Shown here one piece after another: positions 28,851-42,358 of a DNA stretch of 64,000 bases. The stretch comes from the human T2T-CHM13v2.0 reference genome, Homo sapiens, in assembly GCF_009914755.1 (NCBI RefSeq), contig NC_060938.1; one strand, 5' to 3'. The position numbers and the translations under genes were made by a program. How positions within the stretch are numbered: position 1 is the stretch's first letter; each line of letters opens with the position of its first letter. The notes under the pieces are model-generated. The model was not told where the DNA came from. It saw only the letters and a program-made list of their open reading frames with translations, and did not search any database.

Positions 28851-29552
28851 CTAGAGGGATATTTCTGAAGTACAATTATTATCATATAACTTCCCATTTT
28901 AAAACTGTAATGACCGCCTGAAGGATAAAGCTGTAACTGTTGCCTGTGGTCTTTGTTCTAACTTAATAAAATAAATAATAAAGTCATACCTGTGGGCTTC
29001 CATACAAACACTAAACTGCTTTGATTCTACATGTGACTTGTTATTTCATGCCTCTGTGCCTTGAAACGCCCTTTTTTATGTCTTAATTGCCCTTTTTCCC
29101 TCTTTTTTCCCTGGAAAATACCCATTCATCTCTTTATGTACAGCATACATGTCACATCCCTTGAGAAGATAAGATATTCATAAGTTCTCAAAGGGACTTC
29201 TGCTACTGCATTATAAAACACTGAGGGAGATCTCTGCATGTCTCTTTCTCCACAGGACTGTCTCTCAGAGTCTTGACAAATAAAAGAACTGCTGAGCTGG
29301 AAGAAAAAAGTATGGTTTGGTCAAAGATCTCCTTGGTTTACTCCAGAATTAGAGAGCAAAATAAGTTTCCTCTTACAGCATACTTTCCGTGACAAGATGG
29401 TAATGAAACAACCATAGGCAAAAAACTCCCCATTGTGTTTAATTTCCTAATCCCTCAGAAAGCAAATTTATAATTCTCTTTGTAACTTTCTAATCTTAAA
29501 TGAATTTTTGGTTAAAGTTGCTTTACATTAGCTTGCAGTAGTCTGTAGGTAG

Positions 29553-30402
29553 TGAGAAATAACAATTAATTCCTAAGCTCCCCCACCACCAGTTGGTTGA
29601 ACAGAGCTTCTCCTGGCCAAGGGGACCTTAGAGAAACCTTGAAAACTGAATATCTTGGTCATGACCGATGGGAGGTCAGACACACCTCCTTATACACCAT
29701 CCTGTGCAAACCACCATCTGCCTTTCTTCTCTAAGGGCTAAACAGAAACCAGCCCTTTCAAAAGACTCCACCACTGATATCAGCCAACTTCCTGATGTTG
29801 CCTCTTCTTTTTTATTTTTGCCACTGACCACACACAGAGTGGTTCTGGCTTGTCTACAGAGAATATGCAGTGAGGGTTTTCATATCCTTTGCTTCACCTT
29901 CTGACATCAGAAGGCCAAAAACCTCCATGCTCATATATGCCAAGGCTGCCATATATATATATATATAGCACATATATATGGCGCATATATATATACATAT
30001 ATGGTATACATATATGCATGCATGCATACATACATGCATACATGCATACGTACATGCATACATGCATGCATACATACATGGCATATATATGCCAAATATA
30101 TATATATATATTTTAACATGGGACCCGTGGAGAGGCATGAAGCTCAATTGCACATGTACATGTTTCTCCTTCCATAAATATTCATGACTTTTCTTATAGC
30201 TTATTCAATATGTATATTTGGCCACTTTGCTCAGTATAAATTCCTGTTCCTTTTACCCTTCCCTGAAAGTGTCTGCTTCTGGCTCTTGCTGGAGGCTATG
30301 CTTCCTAGCCTGTCAAAGTGGCCACCCTGCAGGCTGCAACTACCTATGGGAAATAAAGTTCTCCTTTCCAAATTTATGAACCTTGTCATTCTTCAGTTGT
30401 CA
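29553..30402 (+). mobile_element. MER39-like ERV1 solo LTR
   Basis: tgagaaataa...ggccaaggggacc...gatgggaggtcagacac; ends cttcagttgtca; perfect 4-bp TSD gtag. Confidence 0.88.
29950..30112. repeat. (TA)n/(CATG)n/(CATA)n alternating purine-pyrimidine tract inside MER39
   Basis: direct reading. Confidence 0.92.
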
Positions 30403-31020
30403 GTAGAAATACTTATTTTCCAGTACATTTCAAGGACAGTTAAATATGAAAAGACGGTGTTCAAATCTTTGTCTCTGACCTCTGAAAATATGCTTCAAAC
30501 AGTAAAAATACAATGAGCAAGTTACAACAATCACAGTTATATATTAGTTGAAGATCAGTTATCACACTGTCAAATATATGTGCAAATTTTACCTGGTTTA
30601 TTTCATCTTAGAGGAGCAGAAAATGTTTCCTTATGAACAAAAATTATTTCATAATAGAACATTCATCATTTATGTAATATAACCTCTTTCAGAGCAGACA
30701 GAAAGCATTATTACAGCTGAAAGGCGACTTTTGAAAGGACTAAAACTGAAAGTCAATTTTGCCTTTTCATTTTTAAGACTTCCCCAAATCACACACAATT
30801 TCTAAACATTATTTTCCACTATTATATATACAGAGAATAAGTCATAAAACTAAAGATTTCACCTGTCATATGAATTTAACAGTCTATAAGTATTAATAAT
30901 AATAAAGTTATAGCTTACTCTCTTTATGTTTTTTTGTAACAACCAACCAGTAATGCACAGCTTGACTGATTGTTGAATGAACAGAAGTGATAACTGCACA
31001 GTTTGCATAAATGTCTAAAA

Positions 31021-31353
31021 TAAGGATCAGCAAACTGTGGTCTGTCAACCAAATCCAGCTATCTGCCTGTTTTTGTATGTCCCATGAATTAAGAGTAGTT
31101 TTCACATTTTTATTATTTAAAAAAAATCAAAATAAAAATATTTCATGGTGCATAAGAAATATATGAAATTCATGTTTCTGTGTTCCTAAGTAAGGCTTTA
31201 TCAAAATATAGCTACACTTCTTCATTTACATATTGTCTATGGCTGCTTTTGCACAACAGTGGCAAAGTTGAGTATTTGTAACAAAGACCCTTTGGTCCAC
31301 AAAGTCTAAAGTATTTATCTGACCCTACACCAAAGAAAGTTTGCTGACTTCAG
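31021..31353. mobile_element. MER58 (B-like) hAT-Charlie MITE
   Basis: TIR-like ends ggatcagcaaact ... agtttgctgacttc; TSD gtctaaaa / atctaaag. Confidence 0.85.
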
Positions 31354-32346
31354 ATCTAAAGCAAAATGGATATGTGAGCATTTCTCAGTGAGAAAAAAGA
31401 ATTCAGTATAGCACGTGAAAATATTTTCTTTAAGACTAGTGTAGTTTGCATGGCACTGTATCCACCAAATGACATGATTAACAACAAGTGTGCACTTTTC
31501 ATAAAAAATCCTTGCTGAGTCTTAACAGCATTAACCTGACAATTAGTTTCTCACATTTTCAACCCCTAAGTTTCCTAGGAAAAGTGAGGAGGGAGAGGAC
31601 ATGAAATGACCTAACGTTTTATAAAATCATTTATCGGAAAAAATGCATGCATCATATTATCCAATAGTATAAAAATTCAATATATTTCAGGTGAGTATAC
31701 TTTGCTTTTGGTTTATAAAAATTGCAGATTTAGCATAAAGAATGTTAAATGACAGCAACAACTTGAAATCCTTTCTTGGGGGAATGTGTAGCATATTGTG
31801 TATGAGAAACGTATACAAATCTTATAGTGTCTATAGTGACATAAGAAGATATATAAGCAAAATAAAAGAAATAGCACAAATATATAGGCATCTGAATAAA
31901 CGTGAAAGCCATTACTTCTTTTGTTCTGGGATGTGACTTAAACATCTTCATCCGTCATTGAAACCTATAGACCTCCAGTGTTAATTTAAACTTGCTGACA
32001 GTTGCGTGGAAGGAATGGTGTCAAAAATACATTGATATGCTTTGCACACCCCTTAGTTAAATGCCACTCAGGGTTTCCAACACGAACCTTTTATTGACTG
32101 AGATTTCACTTCCGAGGTGAAGATTGGCAACTCACCATGCCTGTTTGTTTTTGATTGGTTATTTTTTTGGTGCAGAGTCAAATAAATGGCCAAGTCAATC
32201 AAGAGATTTGCAAATGCTTTCGAATTTTCAGGGTGCAAAAAATGCTTTCTGTTTGGAAGGACAGCAAATTTAACTTCACATTACAAGGCCCACACCTCTG
32301 TCATTAGAAGCACCATTTTTCAAAAGGCTCCTGTGTAGAAGACTGA

Positions 32347-32347
<1 letters not shown>

Positions 32348-32380
<33 letters not shown>
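32348..32380. repeat. poly(A) tract of 33 nt
   Basis: direct reading; no adjacent retroelement body. Confidence 0.95.
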
Positions 32381-32382
<2 letters not shown>

Positions 32383-32903
32383 AAAGTGAATCCTGGCCAA
32401 CATTCTGACAACATCTTCTTCCCTTAGGGATTTAGAACAAAATTGTTGCCATTAGTTCATAATGTGAATTGATGCCACAGGATGCTTTTAGGAGAGAAAA
32501 ATCTGAAAACAAGTGAGATATTATATCCATCTGAAAATGCTACAGGCAAAAGGTGTTATGATTTCTGACAAACTGTGATGTGGCTTTTAAATAAGTGACT
32601 CTCAATCTCAAATTCTAACGCCTCTTGCTATCCTATATTCTAGGTACTATAGGTATCTTGCTCCTAAAGAACATTGCTCATCATGTGGGTACCCATGGTG
32701 AGTACAAATAGATGACTCACCTTTAAATTCTAAAAATAAAGTAAGAATTTACATGTAAAAAGCATAAAAATTAAGTTTAAATTGGGCATACATTTTAGCT
32801 TTTTACCATGAACAAGTGAATGTGAAAACAATGAAGACACTAGAAAATATGTGTTTTGAATAGTATATTCAAAATTGATATGTTCAGAAATAAAATGTGA
32901 CAT

Positions 32904-33531
32904 CGAGGCAGAAGAATAGGGTCTGGAGGCAGGGAACCTAAGGCTGATTCGTGCTGACTCTTAGAACTAAATCGAAAGGAAAACCCCAACTTTTCACACC
33001 TAAGTAACAAAAGGACCAGAAGCTACTCCCTTTGCAAACCAATCAGATGTTTTCATAGGAGTGTAACTTGTAACTTCACCTCATCCTCTGATTGGTTGCT
33101 TTCCACAACCAATCAGACTGATTGCAGGCCAAAGTCTTCGTTTGCATAGGAGTGTAACTTTGTAACTTCACTTTAGCCTCTGATTGCAAAGTGTAACTTT
33201 GTAACTTCACTTTAGTCTCTGGATGTGGAGTGCAACTTTGTAACTTCACTTTAGCCTCTGATTGCTGGCCACTACTTCAACTGCATGGGGTGTACACCAA
33301 GTGGCCAATGGGAAACCTCCAGGGCATATTTGGAACCCGGAAGATTCTGTGACCAGGGCCTTTGAGCTGCTGCACAGTCCCCCTCCCATCCTGTGAAGTG
33401 TACTTCCATTTTCAAGAAGTCTGTTTTTGTTGCTTCATTTTTTCCCTGCTTTTCTGTGTGTTTTGTCCAATTCTTTGTTGAAAATGCCAAGAGCTTGGAC
33501 AACTTGCAGCCAAGACCCTCTATGGGTAACA
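32904..33531 (+). mobile_element. MER51 (A/B-like) ERV1 solo LTR with internal repeats carrying CCAAT-type motifs
   Basis: gaggcagaagaatagggtctggaggcagggaacctaagg start; four gtgtaactttgtaacttcac units; ends ggtaaca; TSD acat / atat. Confidence 0.9.
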
Positions 33532-35129
33532 ATATTATTCAATAAGATGATTCTAATGAATTTGTTATTTTATGTAGTCATGAAAATGAACTCACAGGCC
33601 TTAAAAATATTTGATAAATGATGCTAGCTGAATCATGAAAGCCCATATTTAACTCTCTTTATTAATTGACCAGAGAAAGCAATATTCAGTTGGTGATTAT
33701 AATAATAAGGAAATTCCTCTTACTAATACGATCATCAATAAATCTATTCTTAAGGTCTTACTATGTGCTTGATCCTGTTCTATAGAGATACAATTAATAT
33801 CCCTAGTATATGTACTATGAATAACCCAATTTTACAGATGAGGACATGGATAGAAAATCGGAAGTGTGTCATCAAAATCCATATTGAGAAAATGGCATGG
33901 AAACGAAGAATAATGTGATTAGGCTAATCTAACATCTTGCTTAAGTTATCAATAGACACTCCTCGTGGATTTTGAGTACTCAAATGTTTAGGATTTAGTA
34001 AAAGCACTCATCCATAAAACAAGATTGATAATATATTTATGATAGGAGGCAATCCAGAAGAAAATCAATTCTCAGGTTTATTATATATATCAGTCATTAT
34101 TATACTAAATTTCCTCGGTATAACTGAGTATAGATGTTGGAACCAGAGGAGATGATAGAGTCACAACTCTTCTTATTAGCTTCAGGACATCGATTAATCT
34201 GTTTGAATCAGTTATTTCTCCATCAAATAAAGATAATGAAAACATGCACATCACAGCCTTGTGAAAACTAAAGAAGAAATGCAATTAGAATCATCTTTGT
34301 GAGATGTACAGTGCCTATTTTACAAATTATTATGGATACAAAAATATACATATTATTCTATGTAATAGAAAATATTCTACCAATAAATATGTGGTGTTAT
34401 TCATGCATACATCAGTTTTTATTTCATTATTTAATATAACATTATTTCTTTTTATAGAATCAGGTCATAGAACCTGAAAAGAAAACAATTGTTTTAGTCT
34501 TACTGTTAGTTATTGAAGGCCAGTTAATTAACACTACTTGAATGCATCCTGTATTTGTTTTTTCAAGTTTTATTACAAACTCCTTTTGTTGCTTTTTAAA
34601 TTTCAGAGACTACTTTTGTAAGTTTTAATAGGAGTTTTAAATACAATGTGATCAATATAAATGCATATTTTCTGAACAACTAGAACGTTTGTAAGTATCA
34701 GTGGTTTACCCAGTGAAAAACTAATACTATTAAGGCCATAAATGGAAGCTAGGTGTCTTTTATTAGCCAGATGCTGTAACTGAGATTTGGTTGGAATCCT
34801 TGCTAGTAGCTGGTGTTACTCCTTGCATATAATCCTCACTTTTTGTTTTTTACATGATCATGCCTTGTTATAAGCGTGAGGTTGGCCATCTATGACATGT
34901 TCATCGAAAGCAAATTAATTTTTGTTGGCCCTTCACTGCCAGTTCAGTTAACAGCACAAACATATACTATATAGAAAGAATACTTAGCATTACCCAGCCA
35001 CAGATAAAATGTTTGCTTATGCACAAAAGTTCTAAGTTATCACATTCAAGAAGCAGAGTGAGAAGACGAAGTAAAGGAGGAAAGAAAAGTGATTTTTCCC
35101 CCATGTACTTGGCTATCTGGATGCCTGTT

Positions 35130-35185
35130 TTCCTTATATTTCTATTTATTCCTTATATTTCTATTTATTCCATTATTCTATTTAT
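35130..35185. repeat. 19-bp tandem repeat (2 perfect copies + 1 degenerate)
   Basis: ttccttatatttctattta x2. Confidence 0.85.
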
Positions 35186-36224
35186 TGGACCCAACGGCTC
35201 TCTTATAACCAATGTATCTTGCTAATAAGTTTGATAATAACAACTTTGGTGAAACGTGAGAGAGAGCGCACAAATTAAAAAAAATTAAAAATATGTCATT
35301 TGATAGACTAAAGACTTATCCACTCGTATGTAGAAAAGGACTGATGGTAGCTACTGCTTAGAGTGAAGAATGGGACATAGTTTGAGAGAGAACTCTAAAG
35401 TTGTGTTCTTGCCTCTCTTTCACATTGCCTTGGGAATGATCATTTCCTACCCCCAAATCCAAAATAACTTGCAGTGCTGATTATCTTGATCAAGAGAAAC
35501 TAACTACAAGTAAATGATAGGCAGCTACTTAATTTAGATCATTGAATAGGAAAAAAGATGAGCCAAATTTTCACTTAAATATAAGGGCATAATAACATTT
35601 CACAGAAATTTTGCAAACAAACCCATTTTGAAAACATCTCTGGAAGAAGATTTAAATTAACAAAAATGAATTCAGGAGGCCTATACCAAGATATACGAAA
35701 GAAAAAATCATGACGTAACTTAAGAAAGTTTATTGTTGTTTGAAAAATCAAGGGTAAAATGAAAGAAAAACAATATAACCATGAAAACATTTAGAACTAA
35801 GTCTTTAGGTAGTATGAACCCTTAGGTTGGCATAGGAGAGCAGGAATAAAGAAATATAAGGTACTAGCTGAATTAGGGGAGAACATAGTACTGATAAATC
35901 TAAGAAGGTAGAGTAATAAATGGTAGTATGGATCTTAAATAAACATAATTAACATAAAAATAAACACAGAAAATGTAAATTTTAATTAGCAGGAAAAGTA
36001 ATGTAAGTAAATGAAGTAAAGGGGAAAAGAACATTAAAAAGAAAGCGGAAGAGATCAAATTTATGAAATAAGATGACAAAGAATTTCTAATATGTTCAGG
36101 AACTAACATAAATTTCACGTTAGCCATAAACATCAGAGAATCTCAATTTAAGTTAAAAAAATCTAAAAAATTATTTACAAGAAGCACACTCAAAAAAATA
36201 AATGAGAATTTATACCATGCAGTT

Positions 36225-36330
36225 AGGGAAAGGGAAGAAAGAGGAAGGATGAAGAAAGGAAGGAAGAGAGGGATGAAGGGAGGGATGAAAGAAGGGATGA
36301 AAGGAAGAAAAGGAAGGAAGAGAGGAAGAA
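36225..36330. repeat. GA-rich (GGAA-like) low-complexity tract
   Basis: direct reading. Confidence 0.8.
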
Positions 36331-36770
36331 AAAAAATTAGTACCATTTTAATATCAAGCAAGATAAAATGCATGGAAAAAATATCCTGAGAGACAAATAG
36401 GAACGGCAGTATACTGCTAAATAAAAAATATAGCAAGAAGATGTAACCCTCCAGACCATATGTAAACCCAATATATACCATCAAATAGACAGCAGCCAGA
36501 AAAGAAATAAATACTAAATAATAGTGTGTGGATGTTCCAGAACTTTCCTCTAAAGAAGTAATTAAGCAGAAAAACAGAGTAAAAGAAAATGTGAATAATA
36601 GAAGTAAAAAAATTAACCTGATAAAAAGTTTACACCTGTGAAAACAACTTTAAAACAATGCAAATGAAATATATTCTGAATAAATGAAAACGTATTCCAT
36701 GTTCTTAGGTGGAGCAACTCATTATAAATCTTTCAATGTTTCCCAGATTAATCTGTAAGTTGAGTACAAC

Positions 36771-37326
36771 TGTGGAAATAAATACGGACCAACAAAATAA
36801 AAACAAGAAAAGACCATTGACTCAGAGCTTGCCCCACTTAGGGAGTCAGCCACCATCACTTTTGTTTTGGTAGAGACTAAACGACAGCAGAGGAGTGGGA
36901 AAACTTTATAGTGGAAGAAACGGAAGGCTTCAGTTGCACCCTGATTGAAAGCTATTGGTATGAGGAAGCTGTATGCAGCTAACTAAAAGGAGGGCTTCTT
37001 ATGTGATTGTTAGGGTGCGCATATTTAGCTTTTTCTGGTTGGTTCTATGCTGGAAGTAGGAACAACAATAGGAGAACTGCCAGTTATTAATGAAGTTCTC
37101 GCTGTTTAGGGCCTATTGTCACAGGGGTTACTGTTTGCCCTCTTAGATTGTTTGCTAGAGATAGTGGTCTGACTTCCCACAAGTCTCATTATAGCAGGTT
37201 GGATTCTGGGCTGATTATTGCAGATAATGGGTTGGTTTCTTAAGTTGGTTGCTGCAGATTGTGGGAAGATCAGAGTTCTGTTTTTATATATGGCCCTAAC
37301 ATTGTTTATTTCTTTAATCAGTCACA
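36771..37326 (-). mobile_element. ERV1 solo LTR, MER89-like
   Basis: tg...ca termini; reverse strand reads gccatatataaaaacagaactctga...ctgcagcaacc. Confidence 0.65.
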
Positions 37327-37751
37327 GTGAAAATAACTATGGGAGATTCTAACAAATGTATTCAAAATGTTATATTAAATATTTAAAGACCATAGAAAAA
37401 TCAATTAATTTTGAAAATGATCAGAAAGCAAGGACTTGTGATAAATACATACTCAAGGTCATATTAATAAAACTATTGTTAATAACACAGTAGAACTTAA
37501 ATAAACATATGAAATTCAGCAGGCGTTTCAGAAAAAGTTCCATGTTTGGGAAATTAATCCTCCATGATTTAAACGGCACCAAAAAAATAACTGGTAAAGG
37601 ACAAACTGTTCAGGAGATTTCATTAAGAAAACATTTTCATTAAGGAGCAAATAAAACTAAATCCTTACCTATGAGCATAGAATTGTCAAGATAAATCTAT
37701 AGATCTAACAGAAAACAACAAGGGAAATATCTTTTAAAATAAAACTGCAAT

Positions 37752-38109
<358 letters not shown>

Positions 38110-38313
38110 TCATCTTTTCTTCGTGGAAAATGAGCAAGTTTAATAAATGTGAGATTAAGAGAAGATACTAGCATTTTCTAATTTATATAGTCAGTAATTG
38201 ATGAAATTTGAAATTTACCAGATTATCACAAAAAGAATGGCAAGAATCCAAATAGAAAAATAAGCCACAAACACCAAGAAGGAATTTATAGATGGGAAAA
38301 GTCAAAGGGCCAG

Positions 38314-38689
38314 TGCTATGGTTTGAATGTGTCCCCTGAAATGTTTATTTTGAAAATTAGTCACCAACATGACATTATTAAGAGGTGAGGTTTTTAGGAG
38401 GTCATTAAGTTACATTGGCAAGGTTTTCATTAACGGGATTAGTGCCCTTCCAGAAAAGGATGAAAGGAGCTGACTTGTCCTTTCACCATTTAAAGACACA
38501 GCAAGATGCCATCCTTGAATGAGAGATAGCAAACCCTCATCAGACACTCGATCTGCTGGCACCTTCAACTTGGAATCCCCACCCTCCAGAACTGCAAAAT
38601 CTATTATTTATAAATAGATATTCCAATCTATTATTTATAAATTGCCCAGTCTAAGGTATTTTTTGTAGAAGCCCAAACAAACTAAGATA
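38314..38689 (+). mobile_element. MSTD/MLT1A-like MaLR solo LTR
   Basis: tgctatggtttgaatgtgtcccc ... actaagata termini. Confidence 0.85.
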
Positions 38690-40998
38690 GGCAAAGAAAT
38701 ATGTCAATAAATCCCCACATTCATTGAGGGAAAAAAGCAAAATTACAACAATAAAGTATCACTCTCATCCAGCAAATTGGCAAAGATTAGAAAGTATATA
38801 CTGCCAAGCACTGGGCATGTTGGGCTTGTGGAAACCTTCATGTACTACTCATGGGAGTATAGACTGGTGCAGCCATTCTGAAGTGCAATCTGGCAGTTCT
38901 TTGTTAAAATCAGTATGTGCATCTCTAGACATCCTAGACCCACCATCTTTCCTTCTTGGAATACATCCTGGAGAAATGCTAACCTAAGAACCTAAGAAAG
39001 ATGAGGATGATCATCACAGTGTTGTTTGCATAGCCAAGCATTGGAGGCAATTAAAACAGCACTGAGGAAATGATTAAGTCAAATTTAATGGGTAATCACT
39101 GTGGAACACTGCATAACAGTAGAGGGAATGTACTAAATGTGCACACAGCTACATGTTAAAATGACACTGCTGAGTGAAAAAATAAGCAATAGATTTATTG
39201 AAAAAACACCATTATATAATCTATGTGCATTTTATTAGATCACAGGAAATAAAATGAACGCACTGAACACACTGGAATGGTTGCATATTGGAGAGGGGAA
39301 GAGTAAGGATGAGTTTAAAGGAAATGAGCAAATTAATAAATGGAATTAGAGGGACCTAATGTAAATCAGCAATGATAGTATTAACTAAAAAGCTGTAGAA
39401 ACTCAGAGTTATGCTCTTGAGGAAAGAAATGAATAAATGCATATGAATTAAAATAATTTAGTCTGCCTTTTCCTAGCAAATAGAAAACAATCAAAAGCCC
39501 TAATGAGAGGGCAATATGGTCACAGTGTGGGTGCCAGCAATATCATTACCAGAAACTGAAGGCTGACAACATGAGTAGGAAATATCCCAGCCTAGAAAAC
39601 AGAAAGCTAGAGAGTTATTAGCATACTTATAAAACTGAATATATTCAGTATGAAGGATTATTTTTATGGAAACAAAATGAAACACAAACACAAAACTAAG
39701 AAAGAAGAGCCACAGATCACCTTATCTGATTAACTTCATCCACTATCCAAACTGATAACCTATGGGTGGATGAGCCGGAGGTTCTAGGCAGTTTGCATGT
39801 TCCCTCTGACATCCTATTAGTCTGTGAATAATCTTGGTCAGGCTAATAACTCACTCATAGCCACATTGTTCATAATAGCCTGTAGATATATACAGAAATA
39901 GATTTTAAGAAGAATTTTTTTACCTTATTTTCCAAAACTTTAGGAAAAATAATGTGCTTACTTCAGAGCGATTTAGAAATGAAATATATATTTTACACAA
40001 CTTCACCTATTTCATTTAAATATTTTCTTTCAACAGATGCCTATATTGTTAATTTTTAATTCTACCAATATCTATTAATTATTTGGGTCTGACACGGTAT
40101 TGGATGCAAAGAATAAGACCATGAAAAAGTTGTGGTCTATTTCCTTGGGAAACTCACAGATGTTAATGTATAAAAATTAGAACCAAAATTGTAAATAGAA
40201 AACAATCAAACAGGGAAATGTCATTATCAAGGGAGGAGAATGGATTAGGCAGAATAACATGTGAAAAAAAAATAAGGAAGTTTTAAAGAGTTTGACTTCA
40301 TCAAACGTTGAGATATTTTTCTAGCAAGGGCTACTGGTACTTGAGAGGGAGTCACAAAAAGTGGTAATTAGTGCAGTTGAGACTGGATTATAAATGGTTT
40401 TAGATGCCATGACCACGGACTTAAACCTCATTAGAAAAAAACAAACAAACAACAAACAAAAAAATAGGGAATATCTCAGATTTTAAGCAGACAGTGATAT
40501 GATTCACTTTGCATTTTTGAGCAGTAGCCCAGGCAATGAACACTTTGTAAGCTGAGAGTTAGAGTGTAAGATAATTATGGGAATATGGCCCAATAAGTGC
40601 ATTTTATCTCTAGAGAGAGAGAGAATATGCTCCTATTTTTCCCCCACTCACCCCCAAGTACTCATTAACATGTTTCTTCTAAAAATGTGCATTTTGAAAT
40701 CTATTCATGTCTTACAGACATATTCTCAATCCTAAACATTTACTAAACCATGAAGCTCAAATGTGAGTTTTATTTCTCTGTTGGTTTATTATAAAAGGGC
40801 TCATTTTCACTGCTACTTATTAATTTGATAATTTTGCATTAGTTTTTAAAAGGCTCAATCAATAATTAGGTCCTCGTGTTTGTTCAACCAAACCATTTTA
40901 CTCTGGGGGTGGCAAGAAAAAAGTTAGATTGTTGTAGCTCTCTAGCAAATGATTTTATTCCTTTCCCTCTAATTTAATCTTCCATTGCGATAAACAAA

Positions 40999-41305
40999 GG
41001 ACCGGGTGCAGTGGCTCATGCCTGTAATCCCGGCATTTTGGGAGGCTGAAATGGGCAGATCACTTGAGGTCAGGAGTTTGAGACCAGCCTGGCCAACATG
41101 GTGAAACCCTGTCTCTAGTAAAAACACAAAAAATAGCCAGGCGTGCTGGTGGGCACCTATAATCCCAGCTACTTGGGAGGCTGAGGCAGGAGAATCACTT
41201 AAACCCAGGAGGTGGAAGCTTCAGTGAGCCGAGATCAAGCCACTGCACTCCAGCCTAGGCAACAGAGTGAGACTCCATCTCAGACAAAAAAAAAAAAAAA
41301 AAAAG
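40999..41305 (+). mobile_element. AluSx/Sz-like
   Basis: full Alu with A-tail. Confidence 0.95.
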
Positions 41306-41395
41306 AGAAACAGAGAAAAGAAAGGAAAGGAAAGGAAAGCAGAGGAGCCTGGAGAGGAGGGGAGAGGAGAGGAGAGGAGAGGAGAGGAGAGGAAG
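41306..41395. repeat. (GAAAG)n/(GGAGA)n purine-rich extension of the Alu tail
   Basis: direct reading. Confidence 0.85.
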
Positions 41396-42164
41396 GTACA
41401 AAAGAAACAGCAAAGAGATCAATGGCTCGACTTTAACAAACAAATCTTAAACCTGTACAATCTGATGACGTGTATTGAAGTAGCAAAATTGAGATATGTT
41501 ATTTCCTTAAATAGGCTAATTTTTGTCTAAAAGCCCTGGACAAATTTTCTTTGTTACAAGTAAATTTTGCCAGATATTTTATATTTATTTTTTCTTTTAG
41601 AAAGAATGTATAACTTCCTTTTCCTTTTGTGTATGCCCTCACTCCATCTTCTTCATTTTAGCTCTAGCTAGCCTGTTATTAAGATTGAGATCATGATTAA
41701 GATTGAGAGTAATTTTGGATAAAGAAAAAAGTCATCAATAAAAACAAATAAATATATACTTTATAGGCATTTTTCCAGCAACCGCTAGTGCTGTTTATAT
41801 GCTGTTCAACACATCAGCATTATCAGATGATAAAGATACCATATAATATTTTGTGTTACAAAATATTGAAAATTTACTTCCACAATTATGTTTTTATTAA
41901 TGTAAGTTTATTTTAGAAATGTTGGCAAACACAAAATATAACAACAATTTGAATAATCTATTCTTCCATTTCTGAAAACATCTTTTGTTTATGACATTCC
42001 AATCTTGATTTTATATGTTTATATATCTTGCAAAGCAAAATTTTATTTCACTTACCAATATCACATACATTTTCTCATATTATCAAAACAAATGTCTTGA
42101 AGCATTTGTTTCATGGGTACAAATTATTCTATAAAAATGGATGCTGTCAAATGAAGAACTATAG

Positions 42165-42358
42165 CACTTTTGTGAACCTGGGCTGTGGAGTCAGATTACC
42201 TGAGCTTTAATCACCACCTCACAACTATTGACATGTGAACTTGAGCAAATTCCTTAGCTTCTCACTGCCTCAATTTCCACATATAATAAATAGGTATAAA
42301 AACCAATATCAGTTTCATAGTGTTGCTGTTCTAATTAGATGATTTTATATATGTAGAG
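42165..42358. mobile_element. MIR
   Basis: ggctgtggagtcagattacctgag...gtgaacttgagcaaattccttagcttctcactgcctcaatttcc. Confidence 0.75.

Noticed and set aside
33058-33265. Spaced direct repeats superficially like a CRISPR array
   Set aside because: Internal tandem repeats of the MER51 LTR; spacers are not unique, there are no cas genes, and the DNA is eukaryotic.
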